From an uncultured Clostridia bacterium (GTDB lineage: Bacteria; Bacillota; Clostridia; TANB77; CAG-508), in the NCBI GenBank assembly GCA_947629555.1, contig CANRED010000001.1, positions 2,489 through 66,488 of the forward strand: a stretch of 64,000 nucleotides of DNA, written 5' to 3'. The notes under the pieces were generated by a model that was not told where the DNA came from, did no database searches, and saw only the letters and a list, made by a program, of their open reading frames with translations. The position numbers and the translations under genes were made by a program. Shown piece by piece: positions 28,435 through 38,417 of the stretch (position 1 is its first letter; every line of letters starts with the position of its first letter).

Positions 28435-29175
28435 TTATCCTACTTTTGTACTTTTTTCATCTGGTCTACCACCGAATCTTCTGTTTCTGCTTTGGTAAAC
28501 TTCTATTGCTTTCAATAAATCCTCTTCACTAAATGCAGGCCAATGTACCTCTGGGAAATAAAACTCTGAATATACTAATTGCCAAGGTAAAAAATTACTT
28601 GTTCTTAATTCATTACTTGTTCTTATCATTAAATCTGGGTCTGGCATTCCTGCAGTATATAAATGATTACTTATTGTATCTTCATTTATATCATTTACAT
28701 CTAATTCTCCATTTTTTACTTTAAAAGCAATAGTTTTCATTGCATTTACAAGTTCTGGCCTTCCTCCATAATTAAATGCTATATTTAGTGTAAGACCTGT
28801 ATTATCCTTAGTTTTTTCTATAACATTTTTTATGCTTTTTTGAAGACCTGCTGATAATCTTGTTATATCACCTAATACATTTATTTTTATATTATAGTCT
28901 TTTGCTCTTCTTGCAAATGAATCTAAATAAGCCTTTAATATTAACATTAATGCAGATACTTCTTCTTCACTTCTTTTCCAATTTTCTGTTGAGAATGCAT
29001 ATACTGTTAAATATTCTATTCCTAATTTGTTACATATTATAGCTATGTTTTCCAAATTTTTTGCTCCTGCTTTATGTCCTTCTTTTGTTGTTAATCCATT
29101 TGCTTTTGCCCATCTTCTATTTCCATCCATAATTATTGCAATATGTTTAGGCAAATTATTCATATCTATACTCAT
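28435..29175 (-). CDS. uppS: Isoprenyl (undecaprenyl) diphosphate synthase
   Basis: HIAIIMDGNRRWA, ...YAFSTENW.R, ...RTSNELRTSNFLPWQ. Confidence 0.95.
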   Translation of the reverse strand: MSIDMNNLPKHIAIIMDGNRRWAKANGLTTKEGHKAGAKNLENIAIICNKLGIEYLTVYAFSTENWKRSEEEVSALMLILKAYLDSFARRAKDYNIKINVLGDITRLSAGLQKSIKNVIEKTKDNTGLTLNIAFNYGGRPELVNAMKTIAFKVKNGELDVNDINEDTISNHLYTAGMPDPDLMIRTSNELRTSNFLPWQLVYSEFYFPEVHWPAFSEEDLLKAIEVYQSRNRRFGGRPDEKSTKVG

Positions 29176-29193
29176 ATTTATCTCTCCTTATTT

Positions 29194-29745
29194 TTATACT
29201 GACATTACTTCTTTTTCTTTGTTAGTTGCTACTTTATCTATTTCTTCAACATATTTATCTGTTAGTTTTTGAATATCATCTTCTGCACTTCTTAGTTCAT
29301 CTTCTGAAATTGCGCTTTCTTTTTGAAGAGCTTTGTATTCATCTATTCCATCTCTTCTAGCATTACGTATTGCAACTTTTGCTTCTTCTGCTAATTTCTT
29401 AACATCTTTTACTATTTCTTTTCTTCTTTCTTCGTTCAATTCTGGGAATGATAAACGTATAACTTTTCCATCATTATTTGGGTTTATTCCAATATCTGAT
29501 GTTAATATTGCTTTTTCTATTTCCTTTAATACACTTGCATCCCATGGTTGAATAACAATTAATCTTGCTTCTGGAACTGATATTCCTGCAACTTGGCTTA
29601 TTGGAGTTGGTACTCCATAGTAGTCTATTTTTACCTTGTTTAATATTGCAGGATTTGCTCTACCTGCTCTTATTTCTGAATAATTTGTTTCTAGTACCTC
29701 TATCGTTTTTTTCATTTTTTCTTCTATGTTACTATAATCTGCCAT
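29194..29745 (-). CDS. frr: Ribosome recycling factor
   Basis: 183 aa. RAGRANPAILNKVKIDYYG..., in pyrH-frr-uppS-cdsA synteny. Confidence 0.95.
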   Translation of the reverse strand: MADYSNIEEKMKKTIEVLETNYSEIRAGRANPAILNKVKIDYYGVPTPISQVAGISVPEARLIVIQPWDASVLKEIEKAILTSDIGINPNNDGKVIRLSFPELNEERRKEIVKDVKKLAEEAKVAIRNARRDGIDEYKALQKESAISEDELRSAEDDIQKLTDKYVEEIDKVATNKEKEVMSV

Positions 29746-29799
29746 AAAAAACCTCCTAATTATTTTATTAAATTATGTGTTTCGCTATAAATTGTAATC

Positions 29800-30507
29800 T
29801 TATTTAACGATTGTTCCTATTCTTTCACCTTTTATAATTTTTACAATATTTTCTGGTTCGTTTATACCAAAAACTATAAGTGGAATATTATTGTCTTTAC
29901 ATAGTGATGTTGCTGTTGAATCCATTACTTTTAAATCTTGATTTAATATATCTAAATATGATATTTCATCATATTTTACAGCAGTTTTGTCAACTTTAGG
30001 GTCAGCAGAATATACTCCATCAATTGTTTTTGCAAGTAAAATTACTTCTGCATCTGTTTCTGCTGCTCTTAATGCAGCTCCTGTATCTGTTGAAAAATAT
30101 GGATTTCCTGTTCCGCAAGCAAATATAACTACTCTTCCTCTTTCTAAGTGTTTTATTGCTTTTCTTTTTATGTATGGCTCTGCAATTTGCCTCATTTCTA
30201 TAGCAGTTTGTAATCTTGTATGAATATCTCTTGCTTCTAGTGCATCTTGTAATGCTAAACCGTTTATTGTTGTTGCAAGCATTCCCATATAATCTGATGT
30301 TGTTCTTTCCATTTGGTGTCCATATCTACCTCTCCAGAAATTTCCTCCTCCAACAACTATAGAAACTTCAACTCCCATTTCTACGATTGTTTTTATTTCA
30401 TCACAAATTTTCCCTAATGTTTCTGCATCTATACCATTTCCCTTACTACCTGATAATGCCTCTCCACTTAGCTTTAATAGAATACGTTTATATGCTATGT
30501 CTGACAT
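29800..30507 (-). CDS. pyrH: UMP kinase
   Basis: [13 protein letters not shown]...[10 protein letters not shown]...[17 protein letters not shown]. Confidence 0.95.
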   Translation of the reverse strand: MSDIAYKRILLKLSGEALSGSKGNGIDAETLGKICDEIKTIVEMGVEVSIVVGGGNFWRGRYGHQMERTTSDYMGMLATTINGLALQDALEARDIHTRLQTAIEMRQIAEPYIKRKAIKHLERGRVVIFACGTGNPYFSTDTGAALRAAETDAEVILLAKTIDGVYSADPKVDKTAVKYDEISYLDILNQDLKVMDSTATSLCKDNNIPLIVFGINEPENIVKIIKGERIGTIVK

Positions 30508-30602
30508 TAAAATTACACTCTCCTTTTTAGTTTTTTCTTATTTTATCATATATCGTTTAAAATAGGAATGCTTTTTAAGAAAAAAATTTTTAAATTCTCT
30601 AC

Positions 30603-30628
30603 GGAACGACGGGGGCGTCGTTCCCTAC
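30603..30628 (-). repeat. REP-like palindrome, family A
   Basis: GGAACGACGggggCGTCGTTCCCTAC. Confidence 0.65.
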
Positions 30629-30656
30629 ATCAAAATTTACAAAAGTAAATTTTGTA

Positions 30657-30678
30657 CTATTCACTATTAACTATTCAC
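30657..30678. repeat. Copy of the AT-rich module CTATTCACTATTAACTATTCAC
   Basis: Identical to the right arm of the 19893-19940 hairpin. Confidence 0.55.
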
Positions 30679-30694
30679 TTTTCATTATTCACTA

Positions 30695-30739
30695 ATAAGA
30701 AAAGTGGCTTCGCCACATGTGCAAAGCCGCTTTTCTTAT
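30695..30739 (-). terminator. 16-bp-stem hairpin abutting the spoIVA stop, built from the repeat module AAGAAAAGTGGCTT
   Basis: ATAAGAAAAGTGGCTT...AAGCCGCTTTTCTTAT. The left arm is the same module that precedes family-B REPs at 19812 and 36640. Confidence 0.55.
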
Positions 30740-32218
30740 TTATAATATTATACAAATTAGTCCTCCGCTTCCTTCGTTTATTATTCTTTCCAACGTTTCT
30801 TGTAGCTTTTGTTGCGCATCTTCTGGCATTTTGTAAAGTTTATTTTGTAATCCCTCGTTTACCAACTCGTGCAAACTTTTTCCAAATATATTAGATTCCC
30901 ATATTTTTATTGGGTCATTTTCAAATTCAGATAACAAATAATTAACTAATTCTTCAGACTGTTTTTCACTACCTACAATTGGTGATACTTCTGTTTCTAT
31001 CTCAGCTCTTATCATATGTATTGATGGTGCTTTTGCCTTTAATTTTACACCAAATCTTGAGCCTTGTTTTACCATTTCTGGCTCATCTAGTATAAGTTCT
31101 TCCATTGAAGGCGTTACTATACCATACCCCTTCCTTTTTACTTCATCTAATGCATATGCAACTTTGTCGTACTCTTTTTTAACTTTTGCCATTTGTGTAA
31201 TTGTTACAAATAAATCTCCTTCATTTTTTACTTCTACACCAGATATTTCCGTTAGTACTTTATAAAACAATTCTTCTTTCATAGCAATTTCAACATTTAT
31301 TGAACCATTTCCTAAATTAATTGATTCTACTGTTGTTTTTTGTATTATTTCTGTTTTTTGTATTCCACTTATTCCATCATTTACTTCTCTTAGTAGTTTT
31401 ACCCCTTTAAAAGATTCTTTTATTTCTTTGTATAATTCTACTTTTAGTGGATTATCATAGTCTAAGCTTTCTATCCATTTTGGTAAATTTATATTTACTC
31501 TTTCTATTGGAAATTCATATAGTATTTTACCAAAAATATTATTTATATCTTCTGTTCTTAAATTTACACAGTTTGTTGGAATTACAGGTGTATTGTATTT
31601 TTCTTCTAATTGTTTTGCTAATTCTACTGCACTATCAGAATATGGATCATCTGTATTTAATACAATTACAAACGGTTTGTTTAATTCTTTTAATTCTCTT
31701 ACAACTCTCTCTTCTGCTTCTATATAATCTTCTCTTGGAATTTCTGTTATGCTTCCATCTGTTGTAACTAATATTCCTATTGTTGAATGCTCTTGAATTA
31801 CTTTCCTAGTACCAATTTCTGCTGCTGTTTCAAATGGCATTTCTTCATTTGACCATGGAGTTTTTACCATTCTTGGCATTTCATCTTCCATATATCCTAA
31901 TGCATTATTTACAAGATATCCTACGCAGTCTACCAATCGGGTTTTTAATTTTAAGTTATCTCCAACTGTTATTTCTATTGCCTCATTTGGAACAAATTTT
32001 GGCTCTGTTGTCATAATTGTTCTTCCTGCCGCACTTTGTGGCAATTCATCTTTTGCGCGCTCTTTTTTGTATGTGTTTTCTATATTTGGTATAACCAATA
32101 AATCCATAAAGTTTTTTATGAATGTTGATTTACCAGTTCTAACTGGTCCCACCACTCCTACATATATATCTCCATCTGTTCTTGTCGCAATGTCTTCGTA
32201 TATTTCTAAATTCTCCAT
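30740..32218 (-). CDS. spoIVA: Stage IV sporulation protein A (spore coat morphogenetic ATPase)
   Basis: 492 aa. N-terminal IYEDIATRTDGDIYVGVVGPVRTGKSTFIK Walker A and C-terminal ...EGSGGLICIIL. Confidence 0.95.
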   Translation of the reverse strand: MENLEIYEDIATRTDGDIYVGVVGPVRTGKSTFIKNFMDLLVIPNIENTYKKERAKDELPQSAAGRTIMTTEPKFVPNEAIEITVGDNLKLKTRLVDCVGYLVNNALGYMEDEMPRMVKTPWSNEEMPFETAAEIGTRKVIQEHSTIGILVTTDGSITEIPREDYIEAEERVVRELKELNKPFVIVLNTDDPYSDSAVELAKQLEEKYNTPVIPTNCVNLRTEDINNIFGKILYEFPIERVNINLPKWIESLDYDNPLKVELYKEIKESFKGVKLLREVNDGISGIQKTEIIQKTTVESINLGNGSINVEIAMKEELFYKVLTEISGVEVKNEGDLFVTITQMAKVKKEYDKVAYALDEVKRKGYGIVTPSMEELILDEPEMVKQGSRFGVKLKAKAPSIHMIRAEIETEVSPIVGSEKQSEELVNYLLSEFENDPIKIWESNIFGKSLHELVNEGLQNKLYKMPEDAQQKLQETLERIINEGSGGLICIIL

Positions 32219-32395
32219 AAAAAATTTACCTCCTAATAAAATGTTTGTACTATAAAACTTTAATTAATGTATATTAACTTTTATTTCTTAATATTCCTTT
32301 TTTTAGTATATTTTCCATATATTTTGGAAAATATATATGTAATTAGAGCATTTATACGGAAAGGAGATATGTGGCTGTAGTACCACATAAGTAAA

Positions 32396-34090
32396 ATGGC
32401 AAAAAATTTTTTAAATAGTCTTTCTAATCTTTTCTTATATAAAGATAAATCCAATTATGACTTTACATTACCATCCACTGGATCATTAGAAGATTCTAAT
32501 GATGATGCAGAGCATCTAGAAGATGTTTTAGATCCAAATTCTAAGAAAGTAGCCTCATCACTTGATGAAAATTTAGACTACATTAAGGCTCGTTATAATT
32601 CTCTTATTAATAGCGATATTGAAATTAGAGAATTTTATATTATGGCAATGGATAAACGTATTAAAGCATTTTTAATATATATTGATGGTATGTCAAATAC
32701 AGATAGCATTAATAACTTTATTTTAAAGCCATTAATGCTTAGAAACAGAGCAAATACTTACACTAACAAAATTAATAATAAACAATCTAATGAAAATTTT
32801 TCTTTAGAAGATCACATTGCTACTTGTCTTCTTCCACAAAACAAAGTAACAATGGTAGAAGATTTTTCTCAAATTACTTCTGATGTAAATGTTGGAAATT
32901 GTGTAGTTTTTGTAGATACTTTATCTATCGCTTATAGTGTTGAAGTTAAAAATTTTAAGCAAAGAAGTATTTCATCTCCTCAAAATGAAATTGTAGTAAG
33001 AGGATCTCAAGAGGCATTCGTAGAGCCATTAAGAACAAACACTTCTATTCTTAGGAGATTAATAAATAATGAAAATCTTATTATAGAAAGCTGTAGTGTT
33101 GGTAAAGTTAGTAATACTAAAGTTGCTATTTGCTATATGAATAATATTGCAAATTCTGATTTGGTTGCAGAAGTGCAATACAGAATAAATAATTTAGATG
33201 TAGATACTGTAATTTCTTCTGGACAGTTAGAGCAATTAATACAAGATAATAGTAATAGCTTATTTCCTCAAGTAATTGCTACTGAAAGACCTGATAGGAC
33301 TGTTTCTTCACTATTAGAAGGTAAGGTTGCTGTTATAATAAATGGCTCTCCTTATGTATTAATTATGCCTGGTGTTTTAAATGATTTTTTGTCTTCTCCG
33401 GAGGACATAAATTTAAGATTTCAATTTTCTAATTTATCAAAGATAGTTAGATTACTAGCATCACTTATAGCATTATTATTCCCTGGTATATATATTGCCA
33501 TAACAAATTATCACCACGAATTAATACCAACAGAATTATTATTTGCAATCGCTGCATCGAGAGAATCTATACCATTTCCTATTATTTTCGAATTATTATT
33601 TATGGAAATATCTTTTGAATTAATAAGAGAAGCCGGACTTAGAGTTCCATCACCAATTGGACCTACCATTGGTATTGTTGGAACATTAATATTAGGTGAC
33701 GCTGCTGTAAAAGCAAATATTGTAAGTCCTATTTTAATAATTATTGTTGCATTAACTGCACTATGTTCTTTCGCAATTCCAGATTTATCTTTAAATTTCA
33801 CATTTAGAATTTTGCGATTTGTATATATTATTTTAGGATACATCGGTGGATTTTTAGGTATTGGTTTAGGTATATTTGTATTAATACTTTCACTTTCTAA
33901 TCTTACTTCATTTGGAGTTCCTTATATAATGCCTTATTTTACAAAAATCAACTATAAATCTACAAGTTCTTATTTTACTTCTCCTATATGGACAAGAGAA
34001 AATAAGCCAAAATTTTTAAGTACTAAAAAATCTAAATCGCAAGCTCATATTAGTATGAAATGGAAATATCCAAAAAATAATATTGATTAA
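32396..34090 (+). CDS. Spore germination protein, GerA/KA (A subunit) family
   Basis: 564 aa. VVRGSQEAFVEPLRTNTSILRR, C-terminal TM block, first gene of an A-B-C operon. Confidence 0.85.
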   Translation: MAKNFLNSLSNLFLYKDKSNYDFTLPSTGSLEDSNDDAEHLEDVLDPNSKKVASSLDENLDYIKARYNSLINSDIEIREFYIMAMDKRIKAFLIYIDGMSNTDSINNFILKPLMLRNRANTYTNKINNKQSNENFSLEDHIATCLLPQNKVTMVEDFSQITSDVNVGNCVVFVDTLSIAYSVEVKNFKQRSISSPQNEIVVRGSQEAFVEPLRTNTSILRRLINNENLIIESCSVGKVSNTKVAICYMNNIANSDLVAEVQYRINNLDVDTVISSGQLEQLIQDNSNSLFPQVIATERPDRTVSSLLEGKVAVIINGSPYVLIMPGVLNDFLSSPEDINLRFQFSNLSKIVRLLASLIALLFPGIYIAITNYHHELIPTELLFAIAASRESIPFPIIFELLFMEISFELIREAGLRVPSPIGPTIGIVGTLILGDAAVKANIVSPILIIIVALTALCSFAIPDLSLNFTFRILRFVYIILGYIGGFLGIGLGIFVLILSLSNLTSFGVPYIMPYFTKINYKSTSSYFTSPIWTRENKPKFLSTKKSKSQAHISMKWKYPKNNID

Positions 34091-34107
34091 AACTTAGGAG
34101 GTATATT

Positions 34108-35212
34108 ATGAGTGCTAGCAAAATGGGATTTGTTGAAGCAATTCTTTTTGTGATTGTAGTTATAACAAATAAAATAATATTAAATCTTCCAAAAACTATA
34201 ATCACTGGTTGTGGTAATAGTGCTTGGATAAATGTAATATACATCAGTATTCTAGCTATCTTATTAACTCTATTAATTGTAAAGTTATTTAAAAAATTCG
34301 AAGGTTACGATATTTTTGATGTATCTAATTATTTAGGCGGAAAACCTTTAAAAATTTTTTTACGGGATAGGATATTTGTTTATTTTTATACTTGTTGCAA
34401 CATTAGTATTAAGAGATTTTTCAGAAACTTTAAAAGTAATATATTACTCAAATTCTCCACTTATTTTTATTATGTTGTTTTTTGCTGTCGCTACTGTAAT
34501 AGGTAATAGAATGGGACTTAAACCCATTGTAAAAGCTAACTTATTTATAATGCCAATCGTTATTTTTAGTATTTTACTTATATTCTTTTCTAGTGCTAAA
34601 AATTTTGTACCTGAAAGACTTTTGCCAATACTAGGCAAAGGTGCAAATGAAACTTTTATTAGTGGATTTTCTAATGTATTTGCATACAGTGGAATTACTT
34701 ATTTATTTTTAATTATGCCATATTTAAAAGATGCAAAACAATTTAAAAAAATATCTATAATTGCCATTGTCATATCTACAATTTATTTATTTTTAAGTGT
34801 ACTTTGTTTGTTATTAGTTTTTCCGTATATATCAGTTACTGACGAAGCTAATTCTATATATTTATTAACTAGATCCTTAGAACTTGGTAGCTTTTTCCAA
34901 AGAACAGATGCACTATTTGTACTTTTATTTATAATGTGTTGCTTTTCATACCTTACAATAACATTGTTTTTAATATTAAATATTTTCAAAAAAATCACTA
35001 ATATTAAGGATTCTAAAGCTATGACATATTGCTTTTGCGTATTAATTTTTGGACTTGCTTTAATTCCAAAAAGCTTATATCAAGTTCGAGAAGTAAATGA
35101 TAATATTTTTAAATATTTAATTTTATTTTTCATTTTTGTATTTAGCACCATCCTATTAATTTTGGCAAATTTGAAAAAGAAAAAAGAAGAAAAAAATAAT
35201 TTATCAAGCTAA
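34108..35212 (+). CDS. Spore germination protein, GerAB (B subunit, APC-type permease) family. An intact product needs a +1 shift at in-frame CGG 34363-34365.
   Basis: The frame from ATG 34108 gives TM helices up to ...YLGGKPLKIFL, then becomes non-membrane-like and stops at 34506. The +1 frame from GGG 34364 reads GIGYLFIFILVATLVLRDFSETLKV... to 35212. The composite of about 367 aa is the normal size for this family. Confidence 0.8.
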
Positions 35213-35223
35213 TTGGAGGATAT

Positions 35224-36453
35224 ATGAAAAAGAAAATATTGTGTTTAATTTTAATATTATCAATGTGTATCTTTTCTTTAACAGGATGTTATGATGCAAA
35301 AGGTATTGAAAATTTATCGTATGCCATTGCTATTGGTTTAGATAAAGGAGAAAATAATATATTAAAACTTAGCATACAATTTGCAACACCAAGTGCTATT
35401 AGTGGAGATTCTGAAGGTAGTAGTCAATCTGATTCAACAACTATAACATCTATAGAATGTTCATCTATTTCTTCTGGTATTAATCTTATAAATAGTTATA
35501 TTAGTAAACAAGTAAATTTAGCTCATTGTAAGGTAATAGTAATATCTGAAGAATTAGCTTATGATGGAGTTTCAGAATACATCTACACTCTAGTAGATAA
35601 TGTGCAAATAAGACCAAACTGCAATGTTATAGTTTCAAGATGTGATGCCATAAATTTTTTAGAAAATGCCAAACCTACATTAGAAAAATTAACTGCTAGA
35701 TATTATGAAGCTGCTTTGCGTTCTAGTGAATACACAGGATATACTTCAGATATTCAATTAAACGATTTTTATTCTGCTTTAAAAAGTTCTACAGCTCAAC
35801 CTTTAGCTATACTTGCGGGTGTAAACACTGAAGAAACACATTTAACAGATACTGATACAAATAAGTTTAATATTGATTCAATTTACAAGGCAAATGAAAC
35901 ACCAATACAAGATAAAACAAGTCTAGAATGTATGGGGCTTGCCGTATTTAGCTATGACAAACTGGTAGGAGAATTAGATGCTATTGAATCGCTTTGCTAT
36001 GCTATAGTTTCTAATAAACTACAAAATGGTATGATTACAATACCAAATCCTAATTCTGATAACAATTCTATCGATATATATTTATCTCCTCAAAAAAACA
36101 CAAAAATCAAAGTAGAAACAATTAATAATACCCCCTATATAAATATTGATGTTTATTTAGATGGTTATATAGGTTCTTCTGATACAAATAGTGATCATTC
36201 TTCTACAGATACTTTAGAAATTATATCTAAAAGTGTAGATAAATATTTAGAAGCACAAATATCATCTTTTTTATATAAAACTTCAAAAGATTTTAATTGT
36301 GATATTGTAGGTTTTGGAAACTATGCAATAAATGACTATTTAACTTGGGATGAATGGATTTCATCTGACTGGCTTTCAAATTACAAAGATTCATTTTTTA
36401 AAGTAAATATTTCTACAGACATACAATCAGGGGAATTATTTTCAAAAATGTAA
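35224..36453 (+). CDS. Spore germination lipoprotein, Ger(x)C family
   Basis: Lipobox LTGCYDAKGIENLSYAIAIGLD. Third gene of the operon. Confidence 0.85.
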   Translation: MKKKILCLILILSMCIFSLTGCYDAKGIENLSYAIAIGLDKGENNILKLSIQFATPSAISGDSEGSSQSDSTTITSIECSSISSGINLINSYISKQVNLAHCKVIVISEELAYDGVSEYIYTLVDNVQIRPNCNVIVSRCDAINFLENAKPTLEKLTARYYEAALRSSEYTGYTSDIQLNDFYSALKSSTAQPLAILAGVNTEETHLTDTDTNKFNIDSIYKANETPIQDKTSLECMGLAVFSYDKLVGELDAIESLCYAIVSNKLQNGMITIPNPNSDNNSIDIYLSPQKNTKIKVETINNTPYINIDVYLDGYIGSSDTNSDHSSTDTLEIISKSVDKYLEAQISSFLYKTSKDFNCDIVGFGNYAINDYLTWDEWISSDWLSNYKDSFFKVNISTDIQSGELFSKM

Positions 36454-36476
36454 ATATTAAAGTTGGAGGAAATGTT

Positions 36477-36641
36477 ATGAAAATTATAATACTTCTTTTA
36501 TCAATTTTTTCTTTTATCAAAACTGTAAGCTATGGAATATATGAATTAAAAACAAATAAAAACAAAAGCGGTGCAACTGTAATATTTTGCACCGCTATAG
36601 TTTCAACAATATTAATTAGTATTATGCTGTATATAGTATAA
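36477..36641 (+). CDS. Small two-TM membrane protein (54 aa), below the ORF-track cut-off
   Basis: GGAGGA SD lies 6 nt before the ATG. Translation is MKIIILLLSIFSFIKTVSYGIYELKTNKNKSGATVIFCTAIVSTILISIMLYIV. Follows the Ger(x)C gene by 23 nt. Confidence 0.45.
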   Translation: MKIIILLLSIFSFIKTVSYGIYELKTNKNKSGATVIFCTAIVSTILISIMLYIV

Positions 36642-36687
36642 GAAAAGTGGCTTCGCCACACGGGTCGATGTTGGCATCGACCCCTAC
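36640..36687 (-). repeat. Two-hairpin repeat: GTGGC..GCCAC module plus a family B REP-like palindrome
   Basis: AAGAAAAGTGGCttcGCCACAC GGGTCGATGttggCATCGACCCCTAC, followed by AGTTTGCATCGATTTT as at 19861. Confidence 0.65.
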
Positions 36688-36713
36688 AGTTTGCATCGAT
36701 TTTTTCTATGCAA

Positions 36714-36905
36714 TAAAAAAACCCCACATTAGCCGTAACTTCAAAGAAATTTTAAGGACCTGCTCTTACACAGGTGGGTGCCTTCCTAAATACTCATGGG
36801 CTTCTTAAATAAATTTAAGCATGCACGCCATATTCAGAGTTCGGGCTCCCTTTCCTAACTTGTTGGTTCTAAAATTTCAGTTTACACGCACTACGCAGGG
36901 AAAAT
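36714..36905 (-). ncRNA. ssrS: Candidate 6S RNA
   Basis: GC-richer, non-coding stretch of about 190 nt. The 5' segment CUGAAAUUUUAGAACC pairs with the 3' segment GGUCCUUAAAAUUUC, giving a long closing stem. The internal GCAUGCU-hairpin-AGAAGCC resembles the conserved 6S apical region (from recollection). It ends in a U-run. Exact ends are uncertain. Confidence 0.5.
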
Positions 36906-37092
36906 TATATTTATTGTTTATTGTTATACTTATTTTACTATATAGAATTTAAAGTTTCAACTATCTAATTTTTTTATATTTTATATATATTGATTTAAAA
37001 TATCATTTTTTCTCTGTTTTTCTTTAAATATTTAATTTAATTAAATATTTTTAAGAGTTGGTATTTTTATTACAGAATAACACTTATATAGA

Positions 37093-37230
37093 TTACATTA
37101 TGCCCATTTTTTTTGCTATTTTTCTTCCTTGTTTCATTATTTTTCTTTTATTCATTGAAGTTTCTGAATACATCATTGCAACACCTGCTGAAACGATAGT
37201 ACCAACTATTATTCCTTTTAAAAATTTCAT
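37093..37230 (-). CDS. Small membrane-anchored protein (45 aa), below the ORF-track cut-off
   Basis: AAGGAGGA SD lies 6 nt before the ATG. Translation is MKFLKGIIVGTIVSAGVAMMYSETSMNKRKIMKQGRKIAKKMGIM. It replaces the plus-strand track ORF 37058-37252, which has no SD. Confidence 0.45.
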   Translation of the reverse strand: MKFLKGIIVGTIVSAGVAMMYSETSMNKRKIMKQGRKIAKKMGIM

Positions 37231-37268
37231 TGATATTCCTCCTTATCCTTAATTAATTTACAATAATA

Positions 37269-37646
37269 TTATTTGTTTTTGTTTTTAGATTTATACTGTC
37301 TTATAAAAATATAAGTTTGATAAATTGCAATCATAAGTAAAAAAATTCCAAAAAATTTTTTTAATTTATTTACCTCCATTTTTACAGCAAAACTAGCACC
37401 AATTATTGCACCAATTACTCCAAAAATTGCTACTGGTATGCCTATTTTCCAATTTATCATTTTAGATTTTGTATTTACTATAATTGCAGTAACTGAAGTT
37501 GGTATAAAAAAAACCAAATTCGTAGCTTGTGCCACGTGTTGGTCTAACCCTAAAAATAGTGAAAGAATTAATATAAGTATTGTTCCTCCACCCATTCCCA
37601 TTCCACTTACTATACCTGAAATTATTCCTGCAAGTACCTCTACCAT
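37269..37646 (-). CDS. TauE/SafE-family anion exporter, half-size (4-TM) subunit
   Basis: 125 aa. G-rich TM1 GIISGIVSGMGMGGGTILILIL. Own SD (AGAGGTGA). Confidence 0.7.
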   Translation of the reverse strand: MVEVLAGIISGIVSGMGMGGGTILILILSLFLGLDQHVAQATNLVFFIPTSVTAIIVNTKSKMINWKIGIPVAIFGVIGAIIGASFAVKMEVNKLKKFFGIFLLMIAIYQTYIFIRQYKSKNKNK

Positions 37647-37725
37647 TTTTCACCTCTATATCTAAACATGTAATTTGTATGCAGAATGACTTTTCAATCC
37701 TATTTTCTACAGTTTGTTTTATACT

Positions 37726-38073
37726 TTAAGCAATAATCATTTTTATTGAAACATAAAATAAAAATATTATAAATGAAATTTGCAATATTTTGTCAGATAA
37801 TTTTTTCAATAATTTAGTTCCAATGTATCCACCAATAATTCCACCTATAGCACATAATATACCAATTTTCCAATCTATATAATTATTTTTTAAATAAAAA
37901 AATCCACTTACTACTACCATTGGAAGTATTGCAAAAACAGATGTTGCTCTAGCACGTGATTCTTTCATTTTTAGAATACTTATAAACGCAGGAACAACTA
38001 TCATTCCGCCACCTGATGCAAATAATCCACTAACTATTCCTGCAGACAGTCCTATGATTATGTTTTTTACCAT
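37726..38073 (-). CDS. TauE/SafE-family anion exporter, half-size (4-TM) subunit
   Basis: 115 aa. LSAGIVSGLFASGGGMIVVP. Paralogous to the downstream half-size gene. Confidence 0.7.
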   Translation of the reverse strand: MVKNIIIGLSAGIVSGLFASGGGMIVVPAFISILKMKESRARATSVFAILPMVVVSGFFYLKNNYIDWKIGILCAIGGIIGGYIGTKLLKKLSDKILQISFIIFLFYVSIKMIIA

Positions 38074-38216
38074 TTTAGACTCCTAGTTATTGAGTAATGC
38101 TTAGTATATGGAATACCTTGTTCTGTTCCATATACCAATTATATTTCTATTGCAATTTTGCATCACACAATTAAATTGCTTTATTATATTTTGTCTAAAA
38201 TTAGTTTTTTTATACT

Positions 38217-38417
38217 TTACATTACTTTATCTATTGATCTTTGGCAAATTTGTATGATTCTTTCTTCACATCTATGCATTTGGTACAATATTTGTTTTTT
38301 CAGTTCTTCATCTTTTACATTGTCGACCTTATCAAAAAAAATTTGTAATTCTTTTAAATATACTTTATCTTTTCTTTTTATATTTTCAACTCTTAATTCA
38401 AAATTATACTTTTTCAC
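38217..38417 (-). CDS. Small helical protein, possibly a Spo0E-like aspartyl-phosphate phosphatase
   Basis: 66 aa, helix-hairpin-like composition. The family assignment rests only on size and on context in a spore former. Confidence 0.3.
   Translation of the reverse strand: MKKYNFELRVENIKRKDKVYLKELQIFFDKVDNVKDEELKKQILYQMHRCEERIIQICQRSIDKVM

Noticed and set aside
32369-32398. ATG 32369 is in frame with the gerAA-family ORF but separated from it by TAG (32378-32380), considered as stop-codon readthrough
   Set aside because: The SD-to-ATG spacing is only 2 nt. A GTG-initiated 7-codon uORF in another frame fits the SD better. Nothing else in the window suggests TAG recoding.
36714-36905. The same ncRNA candidate, considered as SRP (4.5S/scRNA) RNA
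   Set aside because: It lacks the conserved domain IV GGAAGCAGCC-type motif. The long end-to-end pairing and the GCAUGCU...AGAAGCC segment fit 6S RNA better.
37058-37252. 64-aa plus-strand track ORF
   Set aside because: It has no SD and a hydrophobic, low-complexity sequence. The opposite strand has a 45-aa ORF with a strong SD.
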